A DNA stretch of 64,000 nucleotides from Hormiphora californensis (Eukaryota; Animalia; Ctenophora). The notes under the pieces were generated by a model. The model was not told the origin of the DNA. It ran no database searches and was given only the letters and a program-made list of their open reading frames with translations. The position numbers and the translations under genes were made by a program. Of this stretch, positions 42,264 to 62,727 are shown one piece after another; position 1 is the first letter of the stretch, and every line of letters starts with the position of its first letter. The stretch is from NCBI GenBank assembly GCA_020137815.1, contig CM035354.1:7936001-8000000 (forward strand). Direction: 5' to 3'.

Positions 42264-44732
42264 ATGACATCCTACTCGGATTTGCTGATAGATGGACTGG
42301 AGTTCCTCATCACTGGATTTTACATTCTCCTCTTCATAATAGGAGTTACAGGTGCGTCTTGTTTTTCAATCTCTTCCACTCTTCTAGAAGGGCCAATCAT
42401 ATCAGTACAGTATCCCCTCCCTCAGTGATGGAGTGCAAACAGGGTCCTTTACCACACATCCTTCATTTGGATGATTGGATATAGTCCCCACCTTGATTAT
42501 TTTCTTACCCACCCTCTTTGATTATATCCCCCTTTGATTATATCCCGGCCCCCACCTTGATATTATATCCTTGTTCTTTGGCAAATGGCAGCTATCCAAT
42601 AACCTCCCACCCTCCCTCCAGGTAACATCTGTGTGCTAACACCCCCACCCTCCCTTTAGGTAACATCTGTGTGCTAACACCCCCACCCTCCTTTAGGAAA
42701 CATCTGTGTGCTAACACCCCCACCCTCCTTTAGGAAACATCTGTGTGCTAACACCCCCACCCTCCCTTTAGGCAACATCTGTGTGCTAACACCCCCACCC
42801 TCCTTTAGGAAACATCTGTGTGCTAACACCCCCACCCTCCTTTAGGAAACATCTGTGTACTAACACCCCCACCCTCCTTTAGGTAACATCTGTGTGCTAA
42901 CACTCCCACCCTCCCTTTAGGTAACATCTGTTTGCTAACACCCCCACCCTCCTTTAGGAAACATCTGTGTGCTAACACTCCCACCCTCCTTTAGGAAACA
43001 TCTGTGTGCTAACACCCCCACCCTCCTTTAGGTAACATCTGTGTGCTAACACCCCCACCCTCATAGGTAACATCTGTGTGCTAACACCCCCACCCTCCTT
43101 TAGGTAACATCTGTGTGCTAACACTCCCTCCCTTCAGGTAACATCTGTCTGCTAACACCCCCACCCTCCTTTAGGAAACATCTGTGTGCTAACACCCCCA
43201 CCCTCCTTTAGGAAACATCTGTGTGCTAACACCCCCACCCTCCCTTTAGGTAACATCTGTGTGCTAACACCCCCACCCTCCTTTAGGTAACATCTGTGTG
43301 CTAACACCCCCACCCTCCTTTAGGTAACATCTGTGTACTAACACCCCCACCCTCCTTTAGGTAACATCTGTGTACTAACACCCCCACCCTCCCTTAAGGT
43401 AACATCTGTGTGCTAACACCCCCACCCTCCTTTAGGTAACATCTGTGTGCTAACACCCCCACCCTCCCTTTAGGTAACATCTGTGTGCTAACACCCCCAC
43501 CCTCCTAGGTAACATCTGTGTGCTGGTGTTGTGTACCAAGTTGAACCGAGAGAAGGGAATGTACGTGGTTTACTATGCCTCCCTCGCCTTCGCAGACCTC
43601 CTCCTCTGTGGACCATGCACCGCCCTCCAGGTATGTGATGTACTTGACTGCATTTGATAATTTTATTTCTAATACTTAGTAACATGTACATATGTAACAC
43701 CTGGTGACGAATAATTCCCCTAAAATATGCAAAGATTTTATGGGTATGAACTTGCCTCAACCCTCTTTTTCTCTCACGGCGCCCCGCATCGGCAGAATTC
43801 GTTAAGGAGGGTTAGAAAATGCCCGATTGTGATATTTAACCAGCTTATGAAACATTTAACCACCCTCTCCTATTTATTTTATTCCCCAGATTTGGGCACA
43901 CGCCAAGGGACACGAAGTGACCTTTAGGGACGACCTGGTGCAGCTCTGGGGCTTTGTCTACCTCTCCTGCAGAATAGCAAGTGTAGTTACTCTCTCTATC
44001 ATCTCGTTCGAGAGACTCCTCGCGGTGGTGAGCCCTCATTTCTACAGGACCATTCACCGCCGCCATGCTCTCCTAATGGTGGCCCTCTCCTGGCTGCTTA
44101 GTGCCCTGGTGGGTCTAGCCCCCTACCTCTGGGAGGGCCGGTACCAATACTTTACAGGAGCTGCTGGGGTGGGACCTGACGGTACTACTGCTAACAACAT
44201 GTCATTCTTCCTTGTTACAGAAGCCTTTGCCCTCTACCTCCCCACTCTTATTATCGTGGTCTCAGTGGGAGTGATCACCTACAAGGTGCGGGGCGGGTGG
44301 GCTAGTAACTACAAGGTAACAGCTACCCTCCTCACCGTCCTGTGTGTTTACCTGGCATGCTTCACTGCCTACTTCATCTTCATCCTTCTCAATCTCACTG
44401 GACTCCTCCAACGTCTACCCACCCGGGCCCAGCTATACTCCCAGAACATTGCCTTCCTGGCGCTAGCATGGCACAGCGGCACTAACCCCGTAGTGTACGC
44501 CTTCAAGGCAGGCCAGTTTAAAGAGGAGATAAAGAGTTTGGAGAGCCAGGCTGTCAGGAAGTATCTAGGAATGGTAATGAGAATCAAGAATGTGACACCA
44601 GGAGGTTCAGGGGGCTCCCAAGATAGGGGCAGTGAGGCAGGCACTCAGGTCTCACTGAATGCTGTCAAGATGGACATGACAAAGATGGTGAAGTTGTCAC
44701 CCACGCAACAAACCAGAGAGAGCATTCTGTAG
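42264..44732 (+). CDS. Class A GPCR, 3 coding exons (42264-42351, 43509-43630, 43890-44732)
   Basis: GT-AG junctions join in phase to give TM1 GN, TM2 LAFAD, TM3 SFERLLAVVSP and TM7 NPVVY. No opsin lysine. Confidence 0.9.
42600..43524 (+). repeat. Tandem array of ~25 units of 37-38 bp, each containing the exon-2 splice acceptor and exon start
   Basis: Unit CTAACACCCCCACCCTCC(C)TTTAG|G(T/A)AACATCTGTGTG. The last unit continues into exon 2. Confidence 0.95.
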
Positions 44733-44897
44733 TGAGGTGTCACCCACACAACAAACCAGAGAGAGCATTCTGTAGTGAAGTTGTCACCCACACAACAAAC
44801 CAGAGAGAGCATTCTGTAGTGAAGTTGTCACCCACACAACAAACCAGAGAGAGCACTCTGTAGTGAGGTGTCACCCACATAACAAACCAGAGAGAGA
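44689..44897 (+). repeat. 43-44-bp tandem repeat (~4.7 copies) covering the GPCR C-terminus and stop codon
   Basis: TGAAGTTGTCACCCACACAACAAACCAGAGAGAGCATTCTGTAG repeated. Confidence 0.9.
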
Positions 44898-45717
44898 GAA
44901 AGAGCATTTGCATTCTACCTATAATAGTGATGGGGGCACCTACATGAAGATCATTCTGAATCTCATAATGAACTATTATATCTGTTCTACCTTTTTTCTC
45001 TTTTCTAGATGTCTTATTATCAGTGTACAATCATATATTTGCTGGGAAAATTGTCGTGAAGATCTCTGTCGGACAAGATATGGTATTGACATGTCGTGTG
45101 GAAGGGAAATTGGGGAAAAGACACTGTCTATTAAAACAGAGATATTTTATCAATGTTACATACCTCTTTTTGCGCTGTATTGTTCTCCTCATCTTTATGT
45201 CATTCCTCTCAAAGAATTGAATTTGTCTTTTGTTCCACGAAAATAGAATGCGGCGTACACAACATGTAAATACATAGCTAGATTTGGAGTAAGAGGGGAG
45301 TAACAGTTGATTGTTAATCGGAGGATTTCCGACCTTGATCTTTTCGATGTATCTCGATAGAAAATGATGGATTGGGGCCCTGAGCCGGTCACCATGGTTG
45401 ATGGTCAGATATAGAGAAAGAATAACACTCAATTCACATAGTTATTATTTCATTCATCATTGACATTAAAATATCCAGATATATCATCAATCAATCATCA
45501 ATCATGATGCCCTCAACATCAAAGTTGATGAATTGTTTCAGAACATCATCAATACAAGCAAGGGTGTGTGGGAGAAAACGCGTCACGAGCGCGCTTGCGT
45601 TGCTTTCACTGTTTCACTATCACCGCGCGCTACTGCAAGTCTCTATCCATCACATAACATCCCAGCCAATAACACACAAAATAAACCTCTGAGATAAATA
45701 GAAAACTCTGGTTTGGT

Positions 45718-48700
45718 TCAGTCTCGTTTCTTGTCACCTGCTGAAGCTGCTTGAGAGATTCTGATTTGACGGCACTTTATATCTGCCATTAGGTTCCAAG
45801 ATTGTAGTAGCCACGAGATCTAGAGGGGGGGGGGTGCGTGTTATTACCCCTCCTCACGAAGTCATGTCTCCCTCTCAGAGGGGGGCAGACACGCACACAT
45901 AATAATAATACCCACCTTGACTAAATCAGGATTTAGAAGTCGTTATGCAATTCTACAAACCTAACTCTTATCTCACACCAAGACATGACCTACCTGATTA
46001 TAAACCCCGTATTTCTCCTCTAAACACACCTCGGGCCCTATTATACAATCTTCCCATTCTCCTGATTCCCCTCCCGGTACTTACAATAAATAGTATACAG
46101 TTGATGGTGCATGGTAAAAGGACAATCAGAGTTATAAACAGACCATCACTATCAAAATACTGCTCCGTAGAGAAGAGTGCATAACGTTCAGCAGCTAGTG
46201 TGTTGAGATGTTGTGCAAAGTACATCAGTGCCAGTAGGGCCAGGAAGATAACCCCAGAGAGACCATGCCAGGAGGCACGGTGACAGAGGATAACGAGACA
46301 GAAGATTAGGACGTGGAATGTCTCAACTGCCACCAACCAGCTCTCCGACCAGTCCGTCTAGATACATGGAGATGGTGTTAGGGGAAGGGGAGGGGGAGTG
46401 TTACCCCCTAGTTCCATGGGCAGAATTCTGCAAAAGAGTCTGCCCTTCGAAAGTGAGCACCGCGGTTCCACGGGAAGAAAAATACCGACACACAGACGTA
46501 CAAACTCTCGAATTTGTCTGTCTGTGTGAGATGTTTTTTCACGCCCTAATTAAGCGTGATAAGGTTGTGTGTATGTGATAGCAATCTTATATGACCACCT
46601 ACTCAGTGAAGGGTATTGTTCTAACAATACCTTGTACGAAAACCATATGCCAGCCAAGCCCTTTTCCAACTCTGAGATAAAGAGTTAGAAATCAAAAATG
46701 TATAATTGACCAAGCCCTCTTCCAACCCAGTCCTCTCCAGTGACAATCTCCTGTATCAGTTTTACAGTGCTAAGCAGGGATTGCTTCTCTTCAGTATAAC
46801 TGTCATGACATAACTTATCTCTCCCCAACTGCAAGATCTAGATTTCTTGTCAGTGTTCACCCCCCCCCCCCCCCAAACTGCAAGACCTAGAGTTCCTGGC
46901 AAACTAGCTTGTGTTCATTTCTCTCTCCTAAACTGCAAGATCTAGATTTCTTTTCAGGCTAGATTGTGTTCATTCTCCCCAACTGCAAGACCTAGACACT
47001 AGAGTTCCTGGCAAACTAGCTTGTGTTCATACCTCTCCCCCAACTGCAAGACTGGTAGATTTGCTTCCTTTAAATTCTCCCTCCCCCAGGCCCAAATACA
47101 GGTCCTAGAATTCCCCCAAATACAAATTACAGGTCCTAGAATTCCCCCAAATACAGGTCCAAGAATTCCCACAAATACAGGTCCTAGAATTCCCCCAAAT
47201 ACAGGTCCTAGAATTCCCCCAAATACAGATTACAGGTCCTAGAATTCCCCCAAATACAGGTCCTATAATTCCCCCGGTGGGCGGACTCTAGTGCTAACGG
47301 ACTCTTTATCTAAATTCAAGGCGGACTCTATATCTAAAAGCGGACTCTTTATCTACAGTTAGACTTTGAAAAAAGTTTAGATAAAGAGTCCGCCCAATGT
47401 AGACTTTTTAGACATAGAGTCCGCCCTGTGTAGACTTTTTAGACATAGAGTCCCCTAGTACATTTTGGCGCCAAATCCCCCAACCCGGACTCTATGTCTA
47501 AAATCCTAAACCAACCCAAAACCTAACCCTAACCATCACCCTAACCCTAACCTCGAACCCAAATAATGGCCCTAACACTTCTAAATTAGTATAGAGGTAC
47601 AGCAAATTCTCGTTTCCGGCCTAACGGCCGAAATCTCGAGTTCGCTGAGAATGGCGGACTCTATGTCTAATTTAGATTTATGTAGATATAGAGTCCGGTC
47701 TTTGTAGACTTTTTAGATAAAGAGTCCGCCCTGTGTAGACTTTTTAGACATAGAGTCCTCCCAGAGTTTAGACTTATTTGGACTCTTTATCTAAATCTAA
47801 ATTTAGATATAGAGTCCACTGTAGACTTAGAGTGTAGCACTAGAGTCCGCCTACCAATTCCCCCAAATACATGTCCTATAATTCCACCAAATACAGTCGG
47901 ACCCCGATTTAGGGACACCCTCGGGGGAAAGGCTCTTGTCCACTAAATCGGGGTGTCCACTAAATCGGGGTCAAATAAGGTTAATTTCCTATATCGGGGG
48001 GAAAAATCCTGTCCCTAAATCGGGGTGCCACTAAATCGGGGGGCCCTAAATCGGGGTCCGACTGTACAGGTTCTAGAACTCCCCCAAATATATAGGCCCT
48101 AGAATTCCCCCAAATACAGATTACAGGTCCTAGAATTTCCCCAAATACAGGTCCAAGAATTCCCCCAAATACAGGTCCTAGAATTCCCCCAAATACAGAT
48201 TACAGGTCCTAGAATTCCCCCAAATACAGGTCCTAGAATTCCCCCAAATACAGGTCCCAAAATTCCTGGCAGACTTCCTTGTGCTCATTTCTCTCTCCCC
48301 AATTTCATATTTTAGAGTTCATGAAATTTCATATCAAATTTATTGACAATAATTTTCATCATGTCGAGCTAAAAAACTCTGGGAAATATATTATAGGGCT
48401 GCGTGTTTGTACGTCTGTGTGTGTCGGTATCGGGTTTATGAGATAGATCTACTGAGATATTTCATTGACCAATTATATGTGTGAATAACACCCTCCCGAG
48501 GGGCTACCAAAAAGGCCGAATTACGCCTTTCAGGCGTAATTCGGCCTATGCACAAGGCGTAATTCTGCGGCGTAATTCGGCCTCAGAATTCAGCCTAAAA
48601 GGCGTAATTCGGCCTAAATTTTGCCGAATTCTGCCCATGGAACAAGGGTGTTAGGGGAGGGAGAGAGATATGGTGTTAGAGAATGGGAGAGAGATATAGT

Positions 48701-48893
48701 GTTAGAGAATGGAGAGAGATATGGTGTGGGAGTGTTATGGGGAGGTAGAGAGATAATGGTAAGGGAAGGAGTGTTAGGGGAGAGGAGGACAATTGAGAGT
48801 TGTGTCCAATTAATTGGTCCATGTTGTTACCTTGTAGATGACATCCCAGAACAGTTTCCTGTGAGCTTCATACTGTTCAACGTCTATATCCAT
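45718..48893 (-). CDS. TMEM18: Transmembrane protein 18, 3 exons (48893-48831, 46357-46085, 45819-45718)
   Basis: MDIDVEQ...IYK|TDWSESWL...FH...LN..AA..Y.LFSTEQYFDSDGLFI...|ISWLLQSWNLMADIK...*. Phase-0 GT-AG introns. Confidence 0.9.
47275..47855. mobile_element. hAT MITE with GGACTCT(A/T)T(A/G)TCTA sub-terminal repeats and an internal (CCCTAA)n-like core
   Basis: TIR CGGTGGGCGGACTCTAGTGCTA; TSD AATTCCCC. Same family as 57379-59199. Confidence 0.85.
47894..48064. mobile_element. pogo/Tc1-type MITE
   Basis: TA|CAGTCGGACCCCGATTTAG ... CTAAATCGGGGTCCGACTG|TA. Confidence 0.9.
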
Positions 48894-49050
48894 TGCTATA
48901 ACTCTAGTATGTGAAGTAGAGGGGAGAGTTAGAAGAAAAAAGATGCAGAAAATAGTCGTAGTTCATTATTTTGGAAAAATATCAAGTGTACAAAAGAAGC
49001 AGTAAAAAGTACTTTTAGTAGCACGCAATTGACAAATAGAAAATAACACA

Positions 49051-49938
49051 CTACGAGATTCCAGTGCTAGTAATAGTAACATCAACTCCAGTCCCTGATC
49101 TCACAGACCCAGCTTTATCAACAGTCACCCTCCTCCACTGCCCCTCAGCTCTCTCAATCCTCACTCGACTGTTAACAAGATAACCCCAAGTTAACCCGAG
49201 GGCGGGTTGGGGTCCCTGTCCGGGCACGTCAGTGGCCTGGTTAACCACCACCACACACAGCCCCCACTGTACCGCCAGGTGTTTCAGTTGCTGACCAATA
49301 GACCGGATAATCCGGGCCCTCTGGACCCCATCCACCATCTCCCCAGTCCGGAATGGGGCCGCTATAGAGTCCAGTGCGACTACCTTTACCCCGCTCCTCT
49401 GAGCTAGCAACAGGGGTAACTCCTTCATAACACATTTCACCAGTGACTCAATAGAGGTACAGAGTTGTATCAGACAGTTGTCAGCACTGTCCCCACCAGA
49501 CATCTCAACCAATCTCTCCGTGGGCACTGACCCCTCTGTACTGATATAAGCTGAGTCAAGGGAGGAGCAGATCTGGAGGGCTAGTTGGGATTTACCAGCC
49601 CCGGCCTTGCCCCATATCTCCACCAGCTGCCCAGGACGTAGGATGCCTGATAATGCGTGGTCCAGGGTCAGAGATCCAAAGGAGAAACAAGGTCCATTGG
49701 TGAGCGATACAGCAGGGAGAAAGGGTGGTGCAAGTTTTGCTGCTGCTACGTTTTTCAACATTTCTATCTCTCCTACTGGTAGATTTAGTTCCTCAACGAT
49801 ATCAATTAGAGGACAACTCAGCCATTTTTCACATGATAAAAACTGTGTAGATTTCACTAAATTGAACGTACTCTCATCTCCAATATCCTCGGGGGTAAGG
49901 ACGGTGCTTCCTCGACCCTGCCGGGGGTTCAGCAACAT
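49051..49938 (-). CDS. XRCC3: RAD51 paralog, XRCC3-like, intronless
   Basis: Walker A GKAGAGKS; YISTEG; Walker B VVALDSIAAPFR (XRCC3-type); VVNQ; PALGLTW..LVNSR. Confidence 0.8.
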   Translation of the reverse strand: MLLNPRQGRGSTVLTPEDIGDESTFNLVKSTQFLSCEKWLSCPLIDIVEELNLPVGEIEMLKNVAAAKLAPPFLPAVSLTNGPCFSFGSLTLDHALSGILRPGQLVEIWGKAGAGKSQLALQICSSLDSAYISTEGSVPTERLVEMSGGDSADNCLIQLCTSIESLVKCVMKELPLLLAQRSGVKVVALDSIAAPFRTGEMVDGVQRARIIRSIGQQLKHLAVQWGLCVVVVNQATDVPGQGPQPALGLTWGYLVNSRVRIERAEGQWRRVTVDKAGSVRSGTGVDVTITSTGIS

Positions 49939-50689
49939 TTCACCACGTCTCTCTATACCAGAACCTCAGCTCAACTTCCTTCCCTTCCACAACAATCTTT
50001 TCAATATGTCTTGCTAAACAAAGTCCTGCTATACCGTACAGAAAACATGGAATACCTAGGTTCATTAGTTTTAGTAGCCCATAAAATGTGTTATCCAAAC
50101 TCAGGTCAGCGACTGGTGCTTGTGTACAGTGGTATTTAATAAAGGGGTAACAACCCGTTCTAAGGACATGATAATTGCGTCCATCCACTGCCCAGTTAAA
50201 ATGCGATTTACCAAACTGGTCATTTGAAACTTGGCTTTGTTTCAGGTAAAACGCTGTCCAAACAGGGAACCGCCGATGACGGATGTAGTTTGACAGTACA
50301 GTCGAAGATTTTTATAACCATATTATGTACTAGGATATGATATCTATAAAAATTTGTATCGATGACATTCAACAGAGAAAAACTGAAAAGGAGCCAAGCA
50401 AACTCAGCAAAAGACATTTTCACGTGATGCACGAAAACTTTGACTGGCAGTTTCTCAAGCCAAATTAACTTCAACCACGGTCAGAAAGTTGAAAGACTAA
50501 CAAATGGTGCAAGAATTTAAGTCAACGGACTTCAGGTGCCAGAGATCTGTAGTCCCTCAAAAGTATCGCCATGTTATGACCGGAGCCAAAGGAGTCTACC
50601 GTCTCAGAAATTGTAGACTGAATCTTTGGCTCATGGATCATTCCCTCTTTCCGAAGATAATGTGATTTGGCCACGATTTGGCAAGAAAA

Positions 50690-51330
50690 TGGTCAAAACA
50701 AGAATTATTGCATTATGTATTCATAATGCGGTGTTTCCCTGCCCCAGATGGGTGTAAAATTGATGACTAAGCTTCAATTCCGATTTTCCGATGAATTTTG
50801 CACCTTAAGAGCAATTTTGGCTGATACGATGTTAGTTGCTATGGTAACCAGGGTGGTTGCTATGGTAACCAAGGCAGTTGCTATGATAACCAAGACAGTT
50901 GCTTAGGAGACCTAGTTGGTGACCAAGTTCACCTTACCCTCAGGCTCTAGTAATCTAACACAGTCACTTACAAAATACAATTATTGTGTGATAGTAGTTT
51001 CATGCTTAGAAGACTTGCTACCTCGCCATGGTACGGCTGTAGGGACTCAAAGTGATTAGGTGAAAATAGGAAGTGATACGATGAGTGGTAATTGCGCGCC
51101 ACAATATGTGTTAATCATTTCCTTTGTTGCATCAACAAAGTGTGAGTTGAAAGATTTATGAAGGGCAGACTTGTTGCTATGTGTAACGGTGGACAGACGG
51201 ACGGACATTTTAGTTAACTACACAATCTGCTGATTTCTAAACCCTGAATGATCTTTTTAGCACGTGCGTGCTAAAAACATCATCCCGGGTGATTGCCGAA
51301 GGCAATCACCCGGGCAGGGAAAAAATTTTA
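50690..51330. mobile_element. Helentron/DINE-like element (same family as 19750-22525); an inverted related fragment lies at about 51790-52030
   Basis: Shared block GCAGGGAAACAC.GCATTATGAA..ATAATGCAATAATTCTTGTT; (GACG)n; sub-TIR and hairpin CCGGGTGATTGCCGAAGGCAATCACCCGG. Confidence 0.6.
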
Positions 51331-51359
51331 AAGCAAAAAAAATACAAACAATAAATAAA

Positions 51360-52215
51360 TTAATTTCAGTGCCTTCTTCTTCGGTTCCCCAAGCTAGGGT
51401 CCTCTTCAATCATCAGGTTACCAGTTCGGGGTGCACCAAATGGTAATCGCAATTTTCCTCCGGTTTCCCCGTAGTGCAATAAGGCAAGATCGATGCAGGG
51501 AGAAGCGTAACCTCGTCCTCAAGTGAGCCATGACTTCGCGGGTTCTTCCGTTCTTTTGGAAATTTTGTCCGAAAGGTTCTACAGGACCGTCTGAAACTCT
51601 TTGGATATCCCGCCCGCTGTGTTCATAACCAACGGAGAGAAGGCACCACCTTCAATTTCACGAATTCATTTTCCGTACGACTGCTTCTTACTAGCCTCGT
51701 TTCTTCGGTAGAGTTGGTCGAGGGGCGTGTCGAGGTATGAAAGTGCATTGGCATGGAAAATTCGGACATCCATATGTGCGAGCTGCAACTAGGGTCTCCT
51801 AAGCAACTGTCTTGGTTATCATAGCAACTGCCTTAGTTACCATAGCAACTGCTTTGATTACCATAGCAACCACCCTGGATACCATAGCAACTAACATCGT
51901 ATCAGCGAAAAATTGCTCTTTGAGTGCAAAATTCATCGGGAAATCCAGTTTTGAAGCTTTGCCATCAATTTTACACCCATCTGGGGCAGGGAAACACTGC
52001 ATTATGAAAATATAATGCAATAATTCTTGTTCTCCACATATCTAGTGCTGCCACATCCATACTTGCGTCATCAGCTGTGTTGGCCGAAGCCCGAAGGATG
52101 AGAATGGATGCCATCTGGACATGGGAGCAGCAACTTTTCTGTTTCCACACCTTTGAGACCCGCATACGAGCATATCTCAGCCATGAGGTCTCTCATGTTG
52201 TCGTGTCGGAGGGTG
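51360..52215 (-). pseudogene. Decayed CRE-type non-LTR retrotransposon C-terminus (restriction-like endonuclease), interrupted by a repeat at about 51790-52030
   Basis: Manual translation: LRHDNMRDLMAEI...VETEKLL...SANTADDASMDV..DMW // MDVRIFHANALSYLDTPLDQLYRRNEASKKQSY..IREIEGGAFSPLVMNTAGG...HLRTRLRFSLHRSCLIALRG, with stops and frameshifts. Confidence 0.75.
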
Positions 52216-52749
52216 GAAAATCAAAAATGGCCAAAAACGTTCGCTAAAAACAAAAAGTGTGACTTTTTGCTACTCACATTTTTCCAGTTCAATTCATATC
52301 ACGCGCACGTTCAAAAAATTCATGCGCGGCGCGTAAAAGCAACGTAAATAATATATGTTTGCGCGTACCTTTTGACAAAGTGGCCATTTAATCTTTCGCT
52401 GCAGCTTTCGGTAACAGTGTTAATCTCTGGTATGAACTTCCACACAACGCATGACATAATCCAGCGACCGGAACACTGGACATGGAGAACACAAATTACG
52501 TCATGACATCACTGATTTATTTTCGATCACGTGGTTCATGTTGACTATGGACACCGCGCGCGCTTTATAAACTAGCGCGCAACCCACGAGAATGTCATCG
52601 CGCCTTCCGTACAGCATGGTGATACATTTAAATTTACGGAGTCGAGTCTTTGAAAAGGAACGATATTCGGTGTGGGTGTATAAAAACGGGTCGTAACAAA
52701 CTTCTCTTTATTAATCGTATTTACATTGTTTATTTGCGGACCTTCTCTC

Positions 52750-53320
52750 TCACATATGTTTTTTTAATATTGTGTAGAATTTATCGTAGCGTGCCCGTCG
52801 AATGACAAGATTATCTATCTTACCATGGACAGTGCCTAATTCACTTTCAATAGCTGAAACTTGTCTCTCAATACCCTCAACCCTACCCCGCACACGACGG
52901 CTCGTTCTCCTAATTAACGCCAGCTCATCCTGCATGTCATCCAGACCCTGACCGATCACCGTGAGGGCTGACATGAGTGTAGACACTCTACTGGAGTGGA
53001 GGGGGATCGCTTCATCTTCTCCGTCAGACTGGCCAAACTCTCGCTCACGGAGGAGAGCCGTCTCATTGGAGGAGGAGAGGAGGGAGGTGGTTGTGGCTCT
53101 ACTGTTTCTGTTTCTTGCTGGTCACTGAACCCTGAAACACCAGAGGGTTCAGTTGTACCCGTCCAATCCTCCCAAACCTCTGTCGTGTCTGTATTGGGTG
53201 CTTCTCGCTCAATGGTAGCTTGGATATACACGGGTGAGGGTGTGGGTCTGTCATTTTGAGAACAGAATTGTTGGTCTGTCGTTCGGGTGAAACTTTTACT
53301 GTTGCACGAAGTGCTGTCAT
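52750..53320 (-). CDS. Putative orphan gene (disordered N-terminus, C-terminal coiled coil) split over three frames
   Basis: Acceptor TTACAG 12 nt before the ATG at 53320. Overlapping ORFs 53099-53422, 52956-53231 and 52750-52986. Heptad-like LDDMQDELALIRR..VEGIERQVSAIESEL. Confidence 0.45.
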
Positions 53321-54074
53321 TGTATCGTCTTCCTGTAATGAGAGCAAAGTGAGGTCAATAGTGAGCATGGAAGGGTGATCTGATTGGACTGAAATATATG
53401 ACAACTGGGGAGATATGTACATATATGGGGATCATTGAGTATTTTGTGAGATGTCAAATGATGTCACAATGCCTCATGTACAACTTGGATAATGTAGCTG
53501 CTACGCGGCATATGGGCTTCGCTGTATATCGTGACGTTACAATATGTGTTGATAAGAGAAGACATAACGCAAGATATATTATTATGGATTTCCAAAGTAC
53601 AAAGAGATCGAGTTCCAGTAACACACATAAAACCGTACGAGTGTGTCAAAAACTAAACAAGTTGTTTGAGACACACAATATTCAAATCACAATGTGACAC
53701 GGCAAGACAATTGGAAGATATCACAGCCTCTGCTCAGACAAACTATTCAAATTACAGATCGTTATAATAAGAGAGAGAAAGATATATTATGTGCATGCTC
53801 AAACGAATAAAACGTGTTTTTACACAGCTGGGACAGCTATGTATATAACAACTGCAGTCATGTGGCCAAGTGTTATTTTTTGAAATGTTTTTATTACACC
53901 AGAGAGAGATAGACAAGACATAATAAAAAAGTGAGTATGAGTGATTGTGTGTGTGAATATGCTTAAATTACACATGCTTCAAACAGCTTCATCCCACATC
54001 AGAGTGTTTGTATTGAGAGAGAAAGGATGCTCGATATTAGCCCTAATTGTTCCCATTCTGCTCTCTCTCTCTCT

Positions 54075-62711
<8,637 letters not shown>

Positions 62712-62727
62712 TCACACATTATATGCT

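Larger units (their letters stand above)
47090..48265. repeat. Minisatellite (CAGGTCCTAGAATTCCCCCAAATA, 24/31-32 bp) interrupted by two MITEs
   Basis: Direct reading. Confidence 0.85.
46411..48643. mobile_element. TIR element filling most of TMEM18 intron 1
   Basis: TIRs GTTCCATGGGCAGAATTC.GCAAAA. A second inverted block, ACCGACACACAGACGTACAAAC, at about 46483 and 48405. Sub-terminal GGCGTAATTCGGCC repeats. Confidence 0.6.

Noticed and set aside
42600-43524. CRISPR-like appearance of the 37-bp array
   Set aside because: Contiguous tandem units with no unique spacers, no cas genes, eukaryotic intron context.
43890-44732. Opsin identity for the plus-strand GPCR
   Set aside because: The residue six positions before the N of NPVVY is Ala, not the retinal-binding Lys.
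47500-47580. Telomere or chromosome-fusion site from CCCTAA repeats
   Set aside because: Short, degenerate and internal to a MITE that has a second copy at 57-59 kb.
49940-50188. ORF ending immediately before the XRCC3 ATG
   Set aside because: No recognisable homology; better explained as 5' UTR or outron sequence containing an acceptor at about 50014.
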